From Macrostomum lignano (Eukaryota), in NCBI GenBank assembly GCA_002269645.1, contig NIVC01002376.1:115599-179598 (forward strand): a stretch of DNA of 64,000 bases. Direction: 5' to 3'. Within the stretch, counting starts at the first letter, position 1, and every line of letters begins with the position of its first letter. A program made the position numbers and the translations under genes. The notes beneath the pieces are model-generated. The model ran no database searches, was not told the DNA's origin, and was given only the letters and a program-made list of their open reading frames with translations. Below, piece after piece: positions 23,755 to 47,500 of the stretch.

Positions 23755-24559
23755 CTTGGACGTGTTTCACTGGCTCAACTGGCTGCAGTTTATTACTCTC
23801 TATGGTCGATAGTTTTCGAATGGCGCCTCCTAGCATGGCGCTCTATTTCTTAATATTACAACAGGAGACTGGAAATTGTTCTGCAAGGTTTGAAAGATAC
23901 TCGCTACATTGTGAACGACTGCATAAGTGTGACTATCACAGCCAACTAGGGATGTCGATTCCACGGGGGATTTTCTTATCGGGGACCCCGGGGAAATTTA
24001 CTGTCATTCCCCGGCTTCTTGACTGTCATCAAGAAAAAATAAGTAAAAACGGAGGATAACTTAGATTTTAAGTGGCTTTTTTAAACTCTGATTTAAGCTT
24101 TGGACGAGGATCGGAGGATAATTCATGAATGAGACTGTTTTTATAATCGGAATTTTTATTTCTTGCAGATTTTATTTCTTAAAATCACCATTTTATCCTT
24201 GTCTAATAGGGAGCATTTAGTGACTGAATGACACCCCGCTATGCGTCAGTGACTGACGCAGGACCAGCGCTGTGCCTGCGTCAAATGCATCAAGCCGTCA
24301 ACGCAGACCAACACAATAGTCAGTTAGGCTTTTTTTCCTGACGGGTTTCTAGGTGCAATTGGCTTGATTGAAAGACTCATAGTGAAGAAAAACATCCAAA
24401 CGTGTGTTGCGTTTGAAATTATACATTGAAATAAGCAGTGATGCGGTAAAAAAAGCATAGACAGAGTTTCAATCAGCTTTCTGTGAATCATTTTCTTTTT
24501 TAATGGCATTTTTTTTCTCCCCGGAGTCGCCAGTCCAATTCCCCGACAAGCTACCTGGG

Positions 24560-24930
24560 GTCGACGCCCCTACAGCCAACATTCAGGCTGTTCGTGAACT
24601 TAATCATTGTGACGAGAGAGGAATTGCATTGAATATAAAGAAGTTCATATTTCTTGTCTTCGTCGAGAAAATGCCACGTTCGCGTATTTTTGCTATCACG
24701 AAACAGTTATCTGGTAATCCCTGGCATGACAGCAGACATTGCTCAATTTCCAGAGCTGTCTAATATTACAGAGTTACGCGCATTCATGGGCTTAGTGAAT
24801 CAGACAGACCATTCACAGACTCGATCGCGGAATGTACCTCAACGCTAAGACCTCTTTACGCTCAAAGAATTCATTTAGCTGGAATGAGGAGTATCGAAAG
24901 GCCTTCAATAAGGTCCACGAATCCACCTTC
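24560..24930 (+). pseudogene. Degenerate Gypsy reverse transcriptase/connection fragment
   Basis: CDERGIALNIKKF, IAQFPELSNITELRAFMGLVNQ, KNSFSWNEEYRKAF in shifting frames. Confidence 0.7.
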
Positions 24931-25143
24931 CAAGAATTGCCAACAGCATTGCAAAAATGTGCAGCAATCATGCAACCAAATCATGGAAGGGCTGAATCTG
25001 CAGTTTAATCTGCCAATTAAGAAGATTATCAGAGGATCTTCGAACTATCAAAACAATGGCAACATAGACAAGGACAGGACGGCAGCAGAAGGCATACTGA
25101 TTCACAGAAACACTTCCATGTACGATATAGACGCAGGAGTACA

Positions 25144-25531
<388 letters not shown>

Positions 25532-26113
25532 TTCTGGCAGGAGGCTGGATGGCCCATGTGCAGATGGCGAATGCAATAAAAAAAGCTGCCATTGCACGAG
25601 CGCATGTGAGCAGCCGCAGGAACAGTGCACAGCCGAATTTCAGCAAATGCACTGCCGTGGTTTTTTCAATACAGAGATCCGCTCCAGTCCGCTACTCACT
25701 GGATCTGCCGTTTCCTAGGCAACGGCAACTCACAGAGAGGCTTGGCAGTGGGTGGGACATGCGCAGAATGCGATCCTTCGTTTTGTTGTACGCAAAAAAG
25801 ATGAGTGGAAGAAAAACTTCTAACCTGGCCACTGGATTAGCAACTGCAACATAAAATTATGTTTGATTGGGTTTTTATGTTATTGAGGATTGAGGTAGAA
25901 GAGGAGCAATTGTCAAGGAAGTGAGAAGACTGCAGATAAAGCAGAGCCTCTTCTGCATGCGGCCAAAATGTCGAACATGCCAAAGATGTTCTGACATGTC
26001 AAAATTTCAGAGATTACTTACTTACTTACTTACTTACTACTGACGGGGGGCGCAGGCGCCGCGAATAGGCCGCGAGGCCCCTATCGCAACCCCAAGGTAA
26101 AAGAGCACAAGGA

Positions 26114-29800
<3,687 letters not shown>

Positions 29801-29925
29801 TTAACAGGTTGGTTCGCCGGCGGCGGATTATTTATTTGGTTGCTGGTGGCAGTGTCATCATTGGGCTGGCCGAAGGTTCGCCCTCAGCGCCCCGCTCCTA
29901 GTTTGGCACGGGGTTGGGAACGGCA

Positions 29926-31194
<1,269 letters not shown>

Positions 31195-32469
31195 TTAGCC
31201 AGCAGCCAACTACTTAGCAGCCACCTGCCCCGCAAAAAAGCAGCAGGGGGGATCCGTCCCCCACCAGCAGACCAAGACGAGGAAGCTAGCCGCTTCCACG
31301 CCAGGCCAGAACGAAAAGGAGGGGGAAGAGCCTCCTCGAAAAACGAAAAGCTGGCGGATGTCACAGAGTCCCTCGGTTTAAGTTGCCGTTTGCCCCCCTT
31401 TCAGAGATTAAAAATGTCAGACGTGCCAAAAAATAAGAGCATATGATGAAGTGCAATGATAAACTCAGAAATGTAACAAATGTTCCAAGTTTTTTGGTTC
31501 AAATTGTTTCAAAAGTGATTGGGTATATTTCTTAACGTTCAAACAAACGTCGAGAATGCTCTTCATACACTTTTTGATCGACATGTAATAAAGATGTTGG
31601 GGTTTTTTTGAAATGCCTTGTGCTCAGTCGTTTATTTAGATTTGATTAGAAGAGCCAATGGAATGCAATAAAATAAATATATTTGTGGGTCTGATATGGC
31701 AGATTCAAATTCTCTCTCTACGTTCCAAAAAGCTGACCTACACAGCTTATCCGACAATTAGGCGAAAAGGCCAGCCGTCGATAGCTCGATAGACATGGAA
31801 CGAGATTGTATAATTTACCAAAATTCTGTCGACCAGTAAAAACTGGCAGCGACGTCATGCGAATTTGATCTGACATCAAATCTGATCGAAAATAAATAAA
31901 TTTGGCGGTTACAGGCGGTACATTAGCTGTGTTTAAACGTGTAGAAATCATTAACGATCAGAACAATATTTAATTAATTTAAATTTGCGCCAGAGCCGGA
32001 AATTCGATCGCATTGATATTTTTAATTTTATAAATTCAGCGTATTTATTACACCAGATTGTTTAAATTTTAATTGCTGTTTAGTTCAGAGAAAAGTATAT
32101 ATTTATTTTTGTTAAAACTGATTACTCGTAATTTCCCACCTGGACGCAAATTATAGTTTTTCAATAACAATAATAATAAAAAAGAATGTCCTTCGGGTTT
32201 GCAATAAAAACTGTATTGAGACATATTATAACCACTAAGGCGGGCTATGCATGATAAACGATTGGTTTATAATGTGTCCTAGAAAATTTAAAGGAATAAG
32301 CTGTTAAAAACTTATGAAGAAGCTGTGAGCCCACGGCATTACATGAATTTTTTGTCATTTGTCTACCAAGTTGGCACACAGCAACTTAGTCTGCTGCTAT
32401 TTTTGAAATCGAAATTGAACCGATGTTGCTTATTTAGTCCTCCATATTCCATTTTTATTTGCGTTTTAA

Positions 32470-36716
<4,247 letters not shown>

Positions 36717-37189
36717 GTTTCTAATGCTTTGCTTCTTGCTGGTTTTTCTTCTTCTGCAGTATCAAATGTCAAAAATGATGCCAAAAGCTTGGAGCAGAAA
36801 TTTCGCCTCTAGACTGAGCTTAATAAATAAATTGGTGTGCGCGATGCGTCACGAGGAGGGGGGTTGGGACTCTGAGCGATGCAACTCAACGCCCATGGAT
36901 ACGCTCCAAGCCTGTCAACAAATAGAAACTCTTACCTGAGAGGCCAGGGGGGCTCCGCAGGGCAGGGTGATTCAGATCATTCAATCTGGAGTGGAAACCG
37001 AGTGGCCTTAGCTTATTTCTCTGCTCATTGTCTGCAACGATAATAACAACAGAATGCATAGATTGGTGGGTAGTAAGTAGTATGGGGCCGAAGCGGCGTG
37101 CTCTGGAATTTTTTATTGGAGGGGACAGCAGCCCCTAAGACCGTCAATATTTGGTGTCTTCGAGCCATTTGGTGGGTGCCCCTGTTTCT

Positions 37190-37400
37190 TGCTGGGCGCC
37201 CCTGTCTCTTGGTGGTCTTCCCTCTCTTGGTGGGTTGTCCCTTTCTCTCGGTGGTTGTCCCTGTCTCTTGGTTGGCGCCCCTGTCTCTTGGTGGGTTGTC
37301 CCTGTCTCTTGGTGGTCACCCCTGACTCTTGGTGGGTTGTCCCTGACTCTTGGTGGTCACACCTGTCTCTTGGTGGTCACCCCTGTCTCTCGGTGGGTGA
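37190..37400. repeat. Approximately 21-bp minisatellite CCCTGTCTCTTGGTGGGTTGT
   Basis: Seen directly. Confidence 0.85.
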
Positions 37401-38238
37401 TCCTGTCTCTTATTTGACGTCCTAATCCTTGTCTGCATGGGCGTTGGATGCCACGCCCTATAGGTGGCAAAAGTCGGCAAAAGAAAGGCCACACCTCCTC
37501 CAGCTCCAGATAGGTACCCTCAGAGCTCCATGACCAAGGGAAAGCGAAGTCAAGAGTGGTTGGAAAGAAAAGTTCTAAAAATAGACTCAAGTTACGAGCG
37601 TAAGTTGGCGTACAACTAATGGACAATGCGGGGTTCTGTGACGCCCTCCCCCGGAGTCGCTATGAGTTGTAGTGCTGTGAATCCGTGAGAGCAGGCAAGC
37701 TGTACTCATCTGCCGATGCTGACCCAGGCTGAGCAAGCAAAAATATGTGAAGTATAAATGGGGTGGGGTTTGAGGGTAGAACTGAGGCTGGGCTACTCAA
37801 GCTCTGCATAGGCATTTTCTCTGTTGGAACGGAAAGCGTGGGTGAGGCTCACAATGAAACTTCATTGAAAGCCTTTGGCCTAACAACAATAAAAATTGCC
37901 AGGCTCAATAAAATTATGGATTACTGGGTTGTAAACATCTGCGCCCTTCCACTGCTGGCTGGCATCACGTGGCTTGGGGGTAGCGGATTGGAGCGCTCTT
38001 GCTGTACTGACTTTTACAGCCCTCCCTTTGAAAACCAGGATCTCGCCTGCTGGGAAACTCTCTATCAGCTGACCCTATCATCCACTTCTACCTCTCTCCC
38101 TTCTCCTTCTCCTTCTCCCTCTATTCTTTTCCTCTCTTATCTCCCTCTCCATCTCCCTCTCTTATTTCCCTCTCTCTCCCTCTCTCTTCTCTCCCTCTCG
38201 CTCGTTATCCTCTCCGGCTCTCTCCATCCCTATTTATA

Positions 38239-38917
<679 letters not shown>

Positions 38918-39234
38918 AGATATATATCTATTTTTTTCTAGCTATTTACGCTTTCAACTTGTTTTGCGATCTAAAATAGACCGTGATTCAGAGAAAGCGA
39001 AGCAACTAATAAAAACATTTTTAAGTATATTTTCTTTTTAACATTATAGTGGCATTATAAGATTATGCTACTATTCTTATCATTAAGAGTAGTAGAACAT
39101 GCATTTTAATATATAATTTTGCAAGTGGAATGCGATGATTTTCCAAACATCATTTGAGATTTACAAACAACAGAGAAATGTGAAACAGCATGGACAACTC
39201 CATGTTACAAGTTTATTGACACTTTGAAAAAACT

Positions 39235-41550
39235 TCAAGATCGCAGACTGACGAACACTCGTCCCACAGACTGACGAACATCAATTTGTTCGACAAAGGA
39301 TGTTACAGAAGGCGTCTTCATCAGCTTCACCACCATAGCAACGGTCTCCTCGTAACGGCAGATCACGGTCCTGTGGCAGTGCATAAGCTGCATGAGCAGA
39401 TCTTTATCCTGACAGAACTGAAGCACCAGAAGCAGTTCTTGAACATCACTGTCATCCTGCTGTAGATACTGCTTGAACCATTTCATAGCCAGTGACTCGC
39501 TGACAATGTTCAGCTGGAGACACAGACATCTCGCTAGTGCCATAAAGTTGATGTAGAACCATTCGTTGTACCCAATGACGACAGGAAAGTGGCTGGCAAC
39601 TGTGTCTGGCAGGAAACCACTTAGATTGGGTCTTTCGCTATAGCGGAAGCAAAACTTCCAAGCATTGTCGGTGGTTTCAAGGTGTCGCCAAACTTCGGCA
39701 GCTGAACGGGCCGACCTCGGCGCACCGTTTGACACTCGGTAAACATTCTGAGTGTCGCAAAATTGCATCAGCGTTTTAATGGCGGAATTGTTTCTGCCAA
39801 TCTTCAGTAAAGCCAGGGCGGTCAGGCAAAGCCGGGCTGTCTTGGCACTGTTCGGCAGACTCTTGATCAGCTCCCAGAACTCAGCTGAAACTCCGTGGTC
39901 ATCGAGCATTGAAAATAGTGCTCTCACAGTGTCGTACAGCTCGTGATATGCCGGACACCGTGAAGTCGCAATGGGTCTCGGCGTCAGATTTGGAATGATT
40001 AGGAACGGGTGAAAGGTGAAGACGGCCTCGGCAGGTAGAGGACGCAGAGTTGACTCGAACTGACTGAGTAGGGTGGGCAGCTGGTCAATCGCAGCCCTGA
40101 TGCATTTCACTAGCGCTTGTTTCTTGGCGTGTCCAGACTTCAAGTACAGCCAAGCGTCCCGCAGGAAGAAGTGACGCACGCAGCGGTGCGGGTGCAAGCC
40201 CTGATCTTCCATGGAGCAGCAGAGCCTTTGAAGCCCGGCTCTGACCAAGGACACCAGTTGGCTCGGCTGCCAATTCTCTGGCGGAGTCTCGTCCAACAGG
40301 TAGAATATCAGCGTCTTTGCGTGGTAAGTTTTTAAGCCGACCATTTTCGGGGAGATGATCCGTTTGATAATGTACTTGAGCATGACGAACACCTGGCCCT
40401 GCTCGCTAGTCAGGCTGCGCATGAGCCTTCGCTCCAGGAAGTTCGTGCTGACCCGAAGGCGCTGGTCACCTCGGCCTGGAGGGGCCGCCGCCACGAGGTG
40501 ACACGGGCAGGTGGGCAGTGCTCGGCGTAAAGAATCCAGCACTTGGAGTCGGATTTGCGTTTTGTAATTCTTCTTGAGAACGGCTATTGGAGGGTAACGG
40601 CAGCAGGGGAAGGCCCAGACTCGATCGCTCGCCGGTCTGAGCACTGAACCGTCCCAGGCCTGAGCTGGGTTCGATGCTGAAATAATGCGAGAATGCTTTT
40701 TGTTTTTTACCTATTGCGTATCTTAGATGAAATTTTTTAATTCTAGAAAAGGCATTTGACCTGCCCTGGCATCAATTAAATCAATGCAACAACATGGAGT
40801 GAGGGTGATTTATACTCAGCAACACAAGGCCAAAAGTTTTGCGTGCCATCGGTGATTCAGAGTCCGAGTGCGTCATGGGGGAATTGGTGTTCAATTGAAG
40901 TGACCGTCTAGGTCTCCAGACAGAGCACATCACCAGCACAGAGCGTGCAACACTACCTGAGGTTGAAGGTCAATGCCGCTTCACGCCCTGTGTGAGCGGT
41001 AGCGTGCTCAGGGGTCAGTGGAATCGGTCTGCGTACGCAACCGTGTGCTCGGGGTGTACGTACCCAGAGCCTTGTGGAATAATAGCAAGCCGGCTTCTTG
41101 TGAGACCTCGATTTCTTTCTTGAAAAACGTCCATCAAAATCCTCGTCACTCACCTGCGCCAGTGCAAATGACGTGTCCATCTTCGTAGTCGACAGTTTCC
41201 TCGGACGACTCTACTACTCTGCATTGGCAGCGTCCGCGGATGTGAAACAGCCGGTTCCGCAAAATCTCGGTGATGTCAATGTCGGAGTCGAGGTCCGTGC
41301 GGCCGCTCGTGCAGGTGAGGCTGTTGCCCCAGCCCTCCGAGTAGCTGCCTACAATGTTGGTGAAATATTCATCTGAGCGGCGTCGTAAAATGCTCTGCAG
41401 AACTTCGGAGACGGCAACTTGCAGGGCGGCTCGATCGGAGACAAAACCGGCAGCTTGCAGGGAAGCATTCAGCTTGGCGCTGAGCACCGAATCGCTGCCA
41501 ATGGGTTCAAGATTGGTGCACAGTGATTGTTTCTTCTGAGCGATGAACAA
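39235..41550 (-). CDS. Mab21/cGAS-like receptor (cGLR) nucleotidyltransferase; exons 41154-41550 and 39235-40676
   Basis: VGSYSEG...DSDIDI NTase motif, third acidic residue in PASDRV, LRVSTNFLERRLMRSL and GLKTYHAKT Mab21 motifs; phase-1 GT-AG intron 40677-41153. Confidence 0.88.
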
Positions 41551-41675
41551 CTGAGATTGGTATCAGTGGTGCGACTTTGTGAGGCTACTATAGGATGTCA
41601 GGGGGGGGTTGTGGTCTTTCACAAGCTCCAACCTTCGTAATAATTAAAGCGTATTGACCTATTTTAAAACGACAA

Positions 41676-42536
41676 TCACCTGGGAACATGTCCCACGCTC
41701 AGCATCGCGTTGCAGTGCCCGTTAACGCGGTGGTCAGTTCCATTGGCTGAGCCAGACAGGCGCTGACTGAGCAGCAAGTCCACCAGGATCTCGTGACCGA
41801 ACCAGCCAGCAACCTCGGCCGCTGTTACGCCGCTGTTGTCCGCCTCGTCCGACCGGCAGCCCTCGGCAAGCAGCAGTTTGGCGACTTCAACGCGACCCAT
41901 CGAAGCTGCCGCATGCAGCGGCGACCAGCCGGTCGAGTCTCTGCTATTGAGCTCCGCGCCGGCCGCGATCAGGGCCGACACGGCGCTGACGTGACCGAAC
42001 TGAGCAGCGACGTGAAGCGGTGTCCGACCGTCTACGTCCGGGAGGTTCGGGTCCGCAACGGCGTGTCTGGTCAGCTCTGTCAGCACCTCGGCGTGTCCGA
42101 ACTTGGCAGCCGCGTGCGCCGGCGTCCAGCCGGTGTCTCGCCGACTCAGACTGCAGTCAGCGCCGTCCGCTGCCAGTAGGCGTCGAACCACATCAGCGTG
42201 GCCACATTCAGCGGCTACAAAGATCGGCGTCATGCCGTCTTTGTCCTGCACAGAGGAGCTGGCTTGCGACATCACCAAGAGTCGGACGGAATCGGCGTGA
42301 CCGTACCGGCAGGCGAGGTGCAGCGGAGTCCAGCCGCCCAGCTTCTGACTGTCAACTTGAGCCTGCGACTCAACCAGCAGCTGCACCACAAGCGTGTGGC
42401 CTCGGCTGGACGCGCGGTGAAGTGCTGACCGATTGCTGGCATCGAGGGAGTCAACTGAGAGTCTCGATTGCAGGCTTCGCTTCACATCGAACAGGCGGCC
42501 GTCTCGAGCCGCTCTGAGAAGTTCCAGCGTCGTCAT
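41676..42536 (-). CDS. Ankyrin-repeat ORF (about 7-8 repeats), possibly the first exon of the cGLR
   Basis: Repeated G.TPLH.AA..GH...V..LL units. Confidence 0.93.
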   Translation of the reverse strand: MTTLELLRAARDGRLFDVKRSLQSRLSVDSLDASNRSALHRASSRGHTLVVQLLVESQAQVDSQKLGGWTPLHLACRYGHADSVRLLVMSQASSSVQDKDGMTPIFVAAECGHADVVRRLLAADGADCSLSRRDTGWTPAHAAAKFGHAEVLTELTRHAVADPNLPDVDGRTPLHVAAQFGHVSAVSALIAAGAELNSRDSTGWSPLHAAASMGRVEVAKLLLAEGCRSDEADNSGVTAAEVAGWFGHEILVDLLLSQRLSGSANGTDHRVNGHCNAMLSVGHVPR

Positions 42537-42920
42537 TTCGGCTTAGCAACTGATAGTCTAGCTTGTATGAGTTTGAGAGAATTGAGTATTGATTTAAAAG
42601 TCAAGTGGCACTACATATAAATAGTTTTCATAGTGACATCAGAGTTAAATAAGTGAATATTGTTGGCATACTAACAGAAGGAACAAAATGTGGATAATTT
42701 ACTGCCCAGCAGAAAGTCATCTGATTCTAATTGAGCAGTTTTAGCACGGCTAGGCTAGGCTTGAACGGCTAGGCTATTTATAGCTCATATTTTCAAGAGG
42801 TTTTAAAATTCTGAATACGAACCGCATTATCAATGTCAACATAGCTCGTATACAAGGTACTACACTACATGTAGATATAGCTAAAAATAGCGGCCTTCGG
42901 ACCAGGCCAAAACTCTCTAA

Positions 42921-43830
42921 GATGTGTACCTGTGCATTTTTCAGATGTATCTATGCATTTTATGGATGTATCTATGCATTTTACAGATGTCTCTATGTAT
43001 TTTACAGATGTATCTATACATTTTACAGATGTCTCTATGTATTTTACAGATGTCTCTATACATTTTACAGATGTCTCTATGTATTTTACAGATGTCTCTA
43101 TACATTTTACAGATGTCTCTATGTATTTTACAGATGTCTCTATACATTTTACAGATGTCTCTATGTATTTTACAGATGTATCTATGTATCTTAAAGATGT
43201 ATCTATGCATTTTACAGATGTCTCTATGTATTTTACAGATGTCTCTATACATTTTACAGATGTCTCTATGTATTTTACAGATGTCTCTATACATTTTACA
43301 GATGTCTCTATGTATTTTACAGATGTCTCTATACATTTTACAGATGTCTCTATGTATTTTACAGATGTATTTATGCATTTTACAGATGTATCTATGCATT
43401 TTACAGATGTATCTATGTATCTTAAAGATGTATCTATGCATTTTAAAGATATATCTATGCATTTTACAGATGTATCTATGCATTTTACAGATGTATTTAT
43501 GCATTTTACAGATGTATTTATGCATTTTGGAGATGCATCTATGCATTTTACAGATGCATCTATGCATTTTACAGATGTATCTATGCATTTTACAGATGTA
43601 TCTATGCATTTTACAGATGCATCTATGCATTTTACAGATGTATCTATGCATTTTACAGATGTCTCTATACATTTTACAGATGTATCTATGCATTTTACAG
43701 ATGTATCTATGCATTTTACAGATACTCCGATGCATTGTGCACATGTCTTTATAAGATTTTACACATGCCTCTATGCATTTTATACATGTCTCTACGAGTA
43801 TGCATTTACAGATGTCTCTGAGTGCATCTT
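42921..43830. repeat. 21-bp minisatellite ATGTATCTATGCATTTTACAG
   Basis: Seen directly. Confidence 0.95.
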
Positions 43831-44583
43831 ACAGACCCTTAAATTCACGTGCTTATCTTGGACTACGGACTGCTTGCCCGCCCTACAGATTAAAAGAGGG
43901 GAAGCAACTGACTGATACACTGTCGCTAATGAATTGAAGAAGAGACCCTATCGGTAGAAGAGGCCGGTTTCCATAGGATACAACTCTAGGCAGGGAATCC
44001 ATAGATAAGAGAATCTATTCTCTCATCCAGTAGCTGTCTTTTGAAGTCTTTTGAAGTCTTTTCGACCTGTATTTTTTCCTTGGCGGGAAGGTACGCAACA
44101 GTCGCAGGTCCCCTCAGAGATGAACAATCGCGGCAATAGAAGCAGAAGATGCTGCTTGTTGGGAGGTACAAAACGAGAGACACGGCTCAATTTTTAGTTG
44201 GTACGGGGGAGTGAGGTTGGCAAAGAAGCTGCGACATGCTCAGTCCCTTGTGAGCGAACGAGGAAGCAAGAGAGAAAGAGAGCAGGAGAGACACAGAGGT
44301 GGGGGAGACAAAGAACTGGGTGGGAAGCGCGGAAGGCCCAGAAGTCTTGCCGTTGCCCTTAGAAACCGGCTTAGTCATGGGATTCTGGACCGGACAGGGG
44401 AAGGGGAAGGAAGAGACAGAAGAGAATGGCATTGTATTTGATGACGGATCTCTTCTGCTGGCTCGCCCCCGCTATTTCATGCCGAGTGCCGACGTCCCGA
44501 AGTGGTCAAATGGATGACAGCTACTGAAGCCGCCACTTGAGACCAGGGCATCCCCCCATCCTGATTGCTGACCGATCAACAGA

Positions 44584-47500
44584 CAGCTAGAAACATCCTG
44601 GAGTCGGCAGCTTCGGCCGGTAGCCGTGGAGGCGTTGGCGGCGGCCGCGGCAACAACAGCAGCAGCTTGGCCGACCGAATTCTGGCCAAACGAAAGTCTC
44701 AAGTGGCCCCAGACGATGAAGCCCTGGCGGCGGCGCTGGCCGAGGAGGAGCAACCGCATCATCAGGTGGAGTACGAGGATGACTTTGAAGACATTCAGCT
44801 GACTGATGAGCTGCCGCAGTCGGTGCGACAATCGAAGGGTCAGCAGGGCCGACAGAAGCGCAAAGAGAAGTTCGAGGAGTCTCCTCTGCTGCTGCCGCCG
44901 CTGAGTAAAAATGGAGCGTCTCCCCGACAGGCGACAGTGCTGACTGACAGGTGAGCGAGCGGGTTTGCTGCTTCACCTGGTGAAGTTGGTGAATCAGTAC
45001 AGTGTGAGTTGGTGAATCTGTACAGCGTGAGCTGGTGAATCTGTATAGTGTGAGTTGGTGAATCTGTATAGTGTGAGTTGGTGAATCAGTACAGTGTGAG
45101 TTGGTGAATCTGTACAGCGTGAGCTGGTGAATCTGTATAGTGTGAGTTGGTGAATCTGTATAGTGTGAGTTGGTGAATCTGTACAGCGTGAGCTGGTGAA
45201 TCTGTATAGTGTGAGCTGGTGAATCTGTATAGTGTGAGCTGGTGAATCTGTATAGTGTGAGTTGGTGAATCTGTATAGTGTGAGTTGGTGAATCTGTACA
45301 GTGTGAGTTGGTGAATCTGTACAGTGTGAGTTGGTGAATCTGTACAGTGTGAGTTGGTGAATCTGTATAGTGTGAGTTGGTGAATCAGTACAGTGTGAGT
45401 TGGTGAATCTGTACAGCGTGAGCTGGTGAATCTGTATAGTGTGAGTTGGTGAATCTGTATAGTGTGAGTTGGTGAATCTGTACAGCGTGAGCTGGTGAAT
45501 CTGTATAGTGTGAGCTGGTGAATCTGTATAGTGTGAGCTGGTGAATCTGTATAGTGTGAGTTGGTGAATCTGTATAGTGTGAGTTGGTGAATCTGTACAG
45601 TGTGAGTTGGTGAATCTGTACAGTGTGAGTTGGTGAATCTGTACAGTGTGAGCTGGTGAATCTGTATAGTGTGAGCTGGTGAATCTGTATAGTGTGAGTT
45701 GGTGAATCTGTATAGTGTGAGTTGGTGAATCTGTACAGTGTGAGTTGGTGAATCTGTACAGTGTGAGTTGGTGAATCTGTACAGTGTGAGTTGGTGAATC
45801 TGTATAGTGAGTTGGTGAATCTGTATAGTGTGAGTTGGTGAATCTGTACAGTGTGAGTTGGTGAATCTGTGTACAGTTTGAGTTGGTGAATCTGTAAAAG
45901 TACAAGTGGGTGAATCTGTAAATGTACAAGTGGGTGAATCTTTACAGTGTGAGTTGGTGAATCTGTACAGTGTGAGTTGGTGAATCTGTACAGTTTGAGT
46001 TGGTGAATCTGTACAGTGTGAGTTGGTGAATCTGTACAGTTTGAGTTGGTGAATCTGTAAAAGTACAAGTGGGTGAATCTGTAAATGTACAAGTGGGTGA
46101 ATCTGTACATTTTACATGTATGTGAATCGGTGAATAGCAGGCTTTAAATATACGAGCGTAAGGATACAGAGCAGGGTATATTTATAGTTTGAAATGAACG
46201 ACAAAAAGGTAAAAAAGTATGCTAGGCTTGTAATCTCGCGCATCTGTCAGTTAAATGAAGAATTAAAAGCCAGTAAGTAGTACAGTAAGGGGCGCTGTCT
46301 CAACTCGCTATTCATACAGCATTTTTATTGTTGTATTTTCATACCCAACTGAGACAGAGTTGTAGCTATGGCTACCTTTAGGCTCCCTGAATAGTCATGC
46401 ATATAGTAGTCAACAAGTTAAAAAAACCCAATTCATTCATTCTGTTTGTCAGTTAGCGAAAACATGGATGGGTTTTCCATCTCAATTTTGCTAATTGCCT
46501 GCATCGAAAGCAGATGCTGAATAGCTCTGTCAATTTTTTAACGCTTCTTTTGTGAATTTAAAAAAGCAACGATGTTTAAAATGCATTTGTTAAAATGTAG
46601 CTACGATGGGTGTTTTTATTAAAAAAGCTCACTTTAAAAAAAAACTTTTTTGTTAAATTAAAGAATGTAAAAAATCGCCTATTCTCCGTAAAAATCGCCT
46701 AAAATAATAATCGCCGGTGTTGTTGAACGACGTTTAAAATTAACAAAGGGTAAAATTAAATTGCTCTTTCAAACAGAAAATATGCGAAAAAAATTGATTC
46801 AAAAATATTTAAATTAAAAAATAAATTTTATGGATCTGAAGAAACGAAATGCGCTTGTTTTGAACAATAAATACGAGCTAGCTGAATTTTCCGGTGTTAA
46901 CTTTTTAAACGTAAAGACGGAGCAAACAAAAAAGTCTTTCCTACTCGTATAGCTGGTCACGCCCACCACGGAGAGCACTTTAGCCTTAAATAACCGCCTT
47001 GAATTCTAAATGCTGAGCAGAGTAGAGGATTCGGGTGACTGCACTCCATTGTCGTTTGTTAGGGAAAATTGATGGAAGCTCCGCGTGGGAGCCAAGCACG
47101 TGCAGCAGGCCGGGAGCTATGGAGCTGTGGAAAAAAAAACGAGAAAATTCCTGGGTTTCTCAATCAGCCGTGAAGATGCGGCTGTTTTGTCTGTCTCTGG
47201 CAGTCTGCTGGGAGGTATTGGGGGGCAAAGCATATTTTTTCTCAATAACTCCGGTCTCTACTAGTTGCTATGGGCTACCGTACGCTTCATGCATGTAAGG
47301 AATATCAGCTAAAGTATTCTAAGCTGCAGGCATCCTGGGAAACTAACGTAAAAAGTTTTATTGCGGAAAATAAAAAACACGCAAAAGTTCCACAGAAATT
47401 TCTCTTGTCCCTGAATGTTTCAAGAGGTGCCCCTTTGAGTGTCGGAGTTGTGCCACTTTGAGTGTCGGAGTTGTGCCACTTTGAGTGTCGGAGCTGTGTC

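Noticed and set aside
40953-41180. Extra exon in the cGLR gene
   Set aside because: The donor at 41154 joins in frame directly to the acceptor at 40676, so this segment is intronic.
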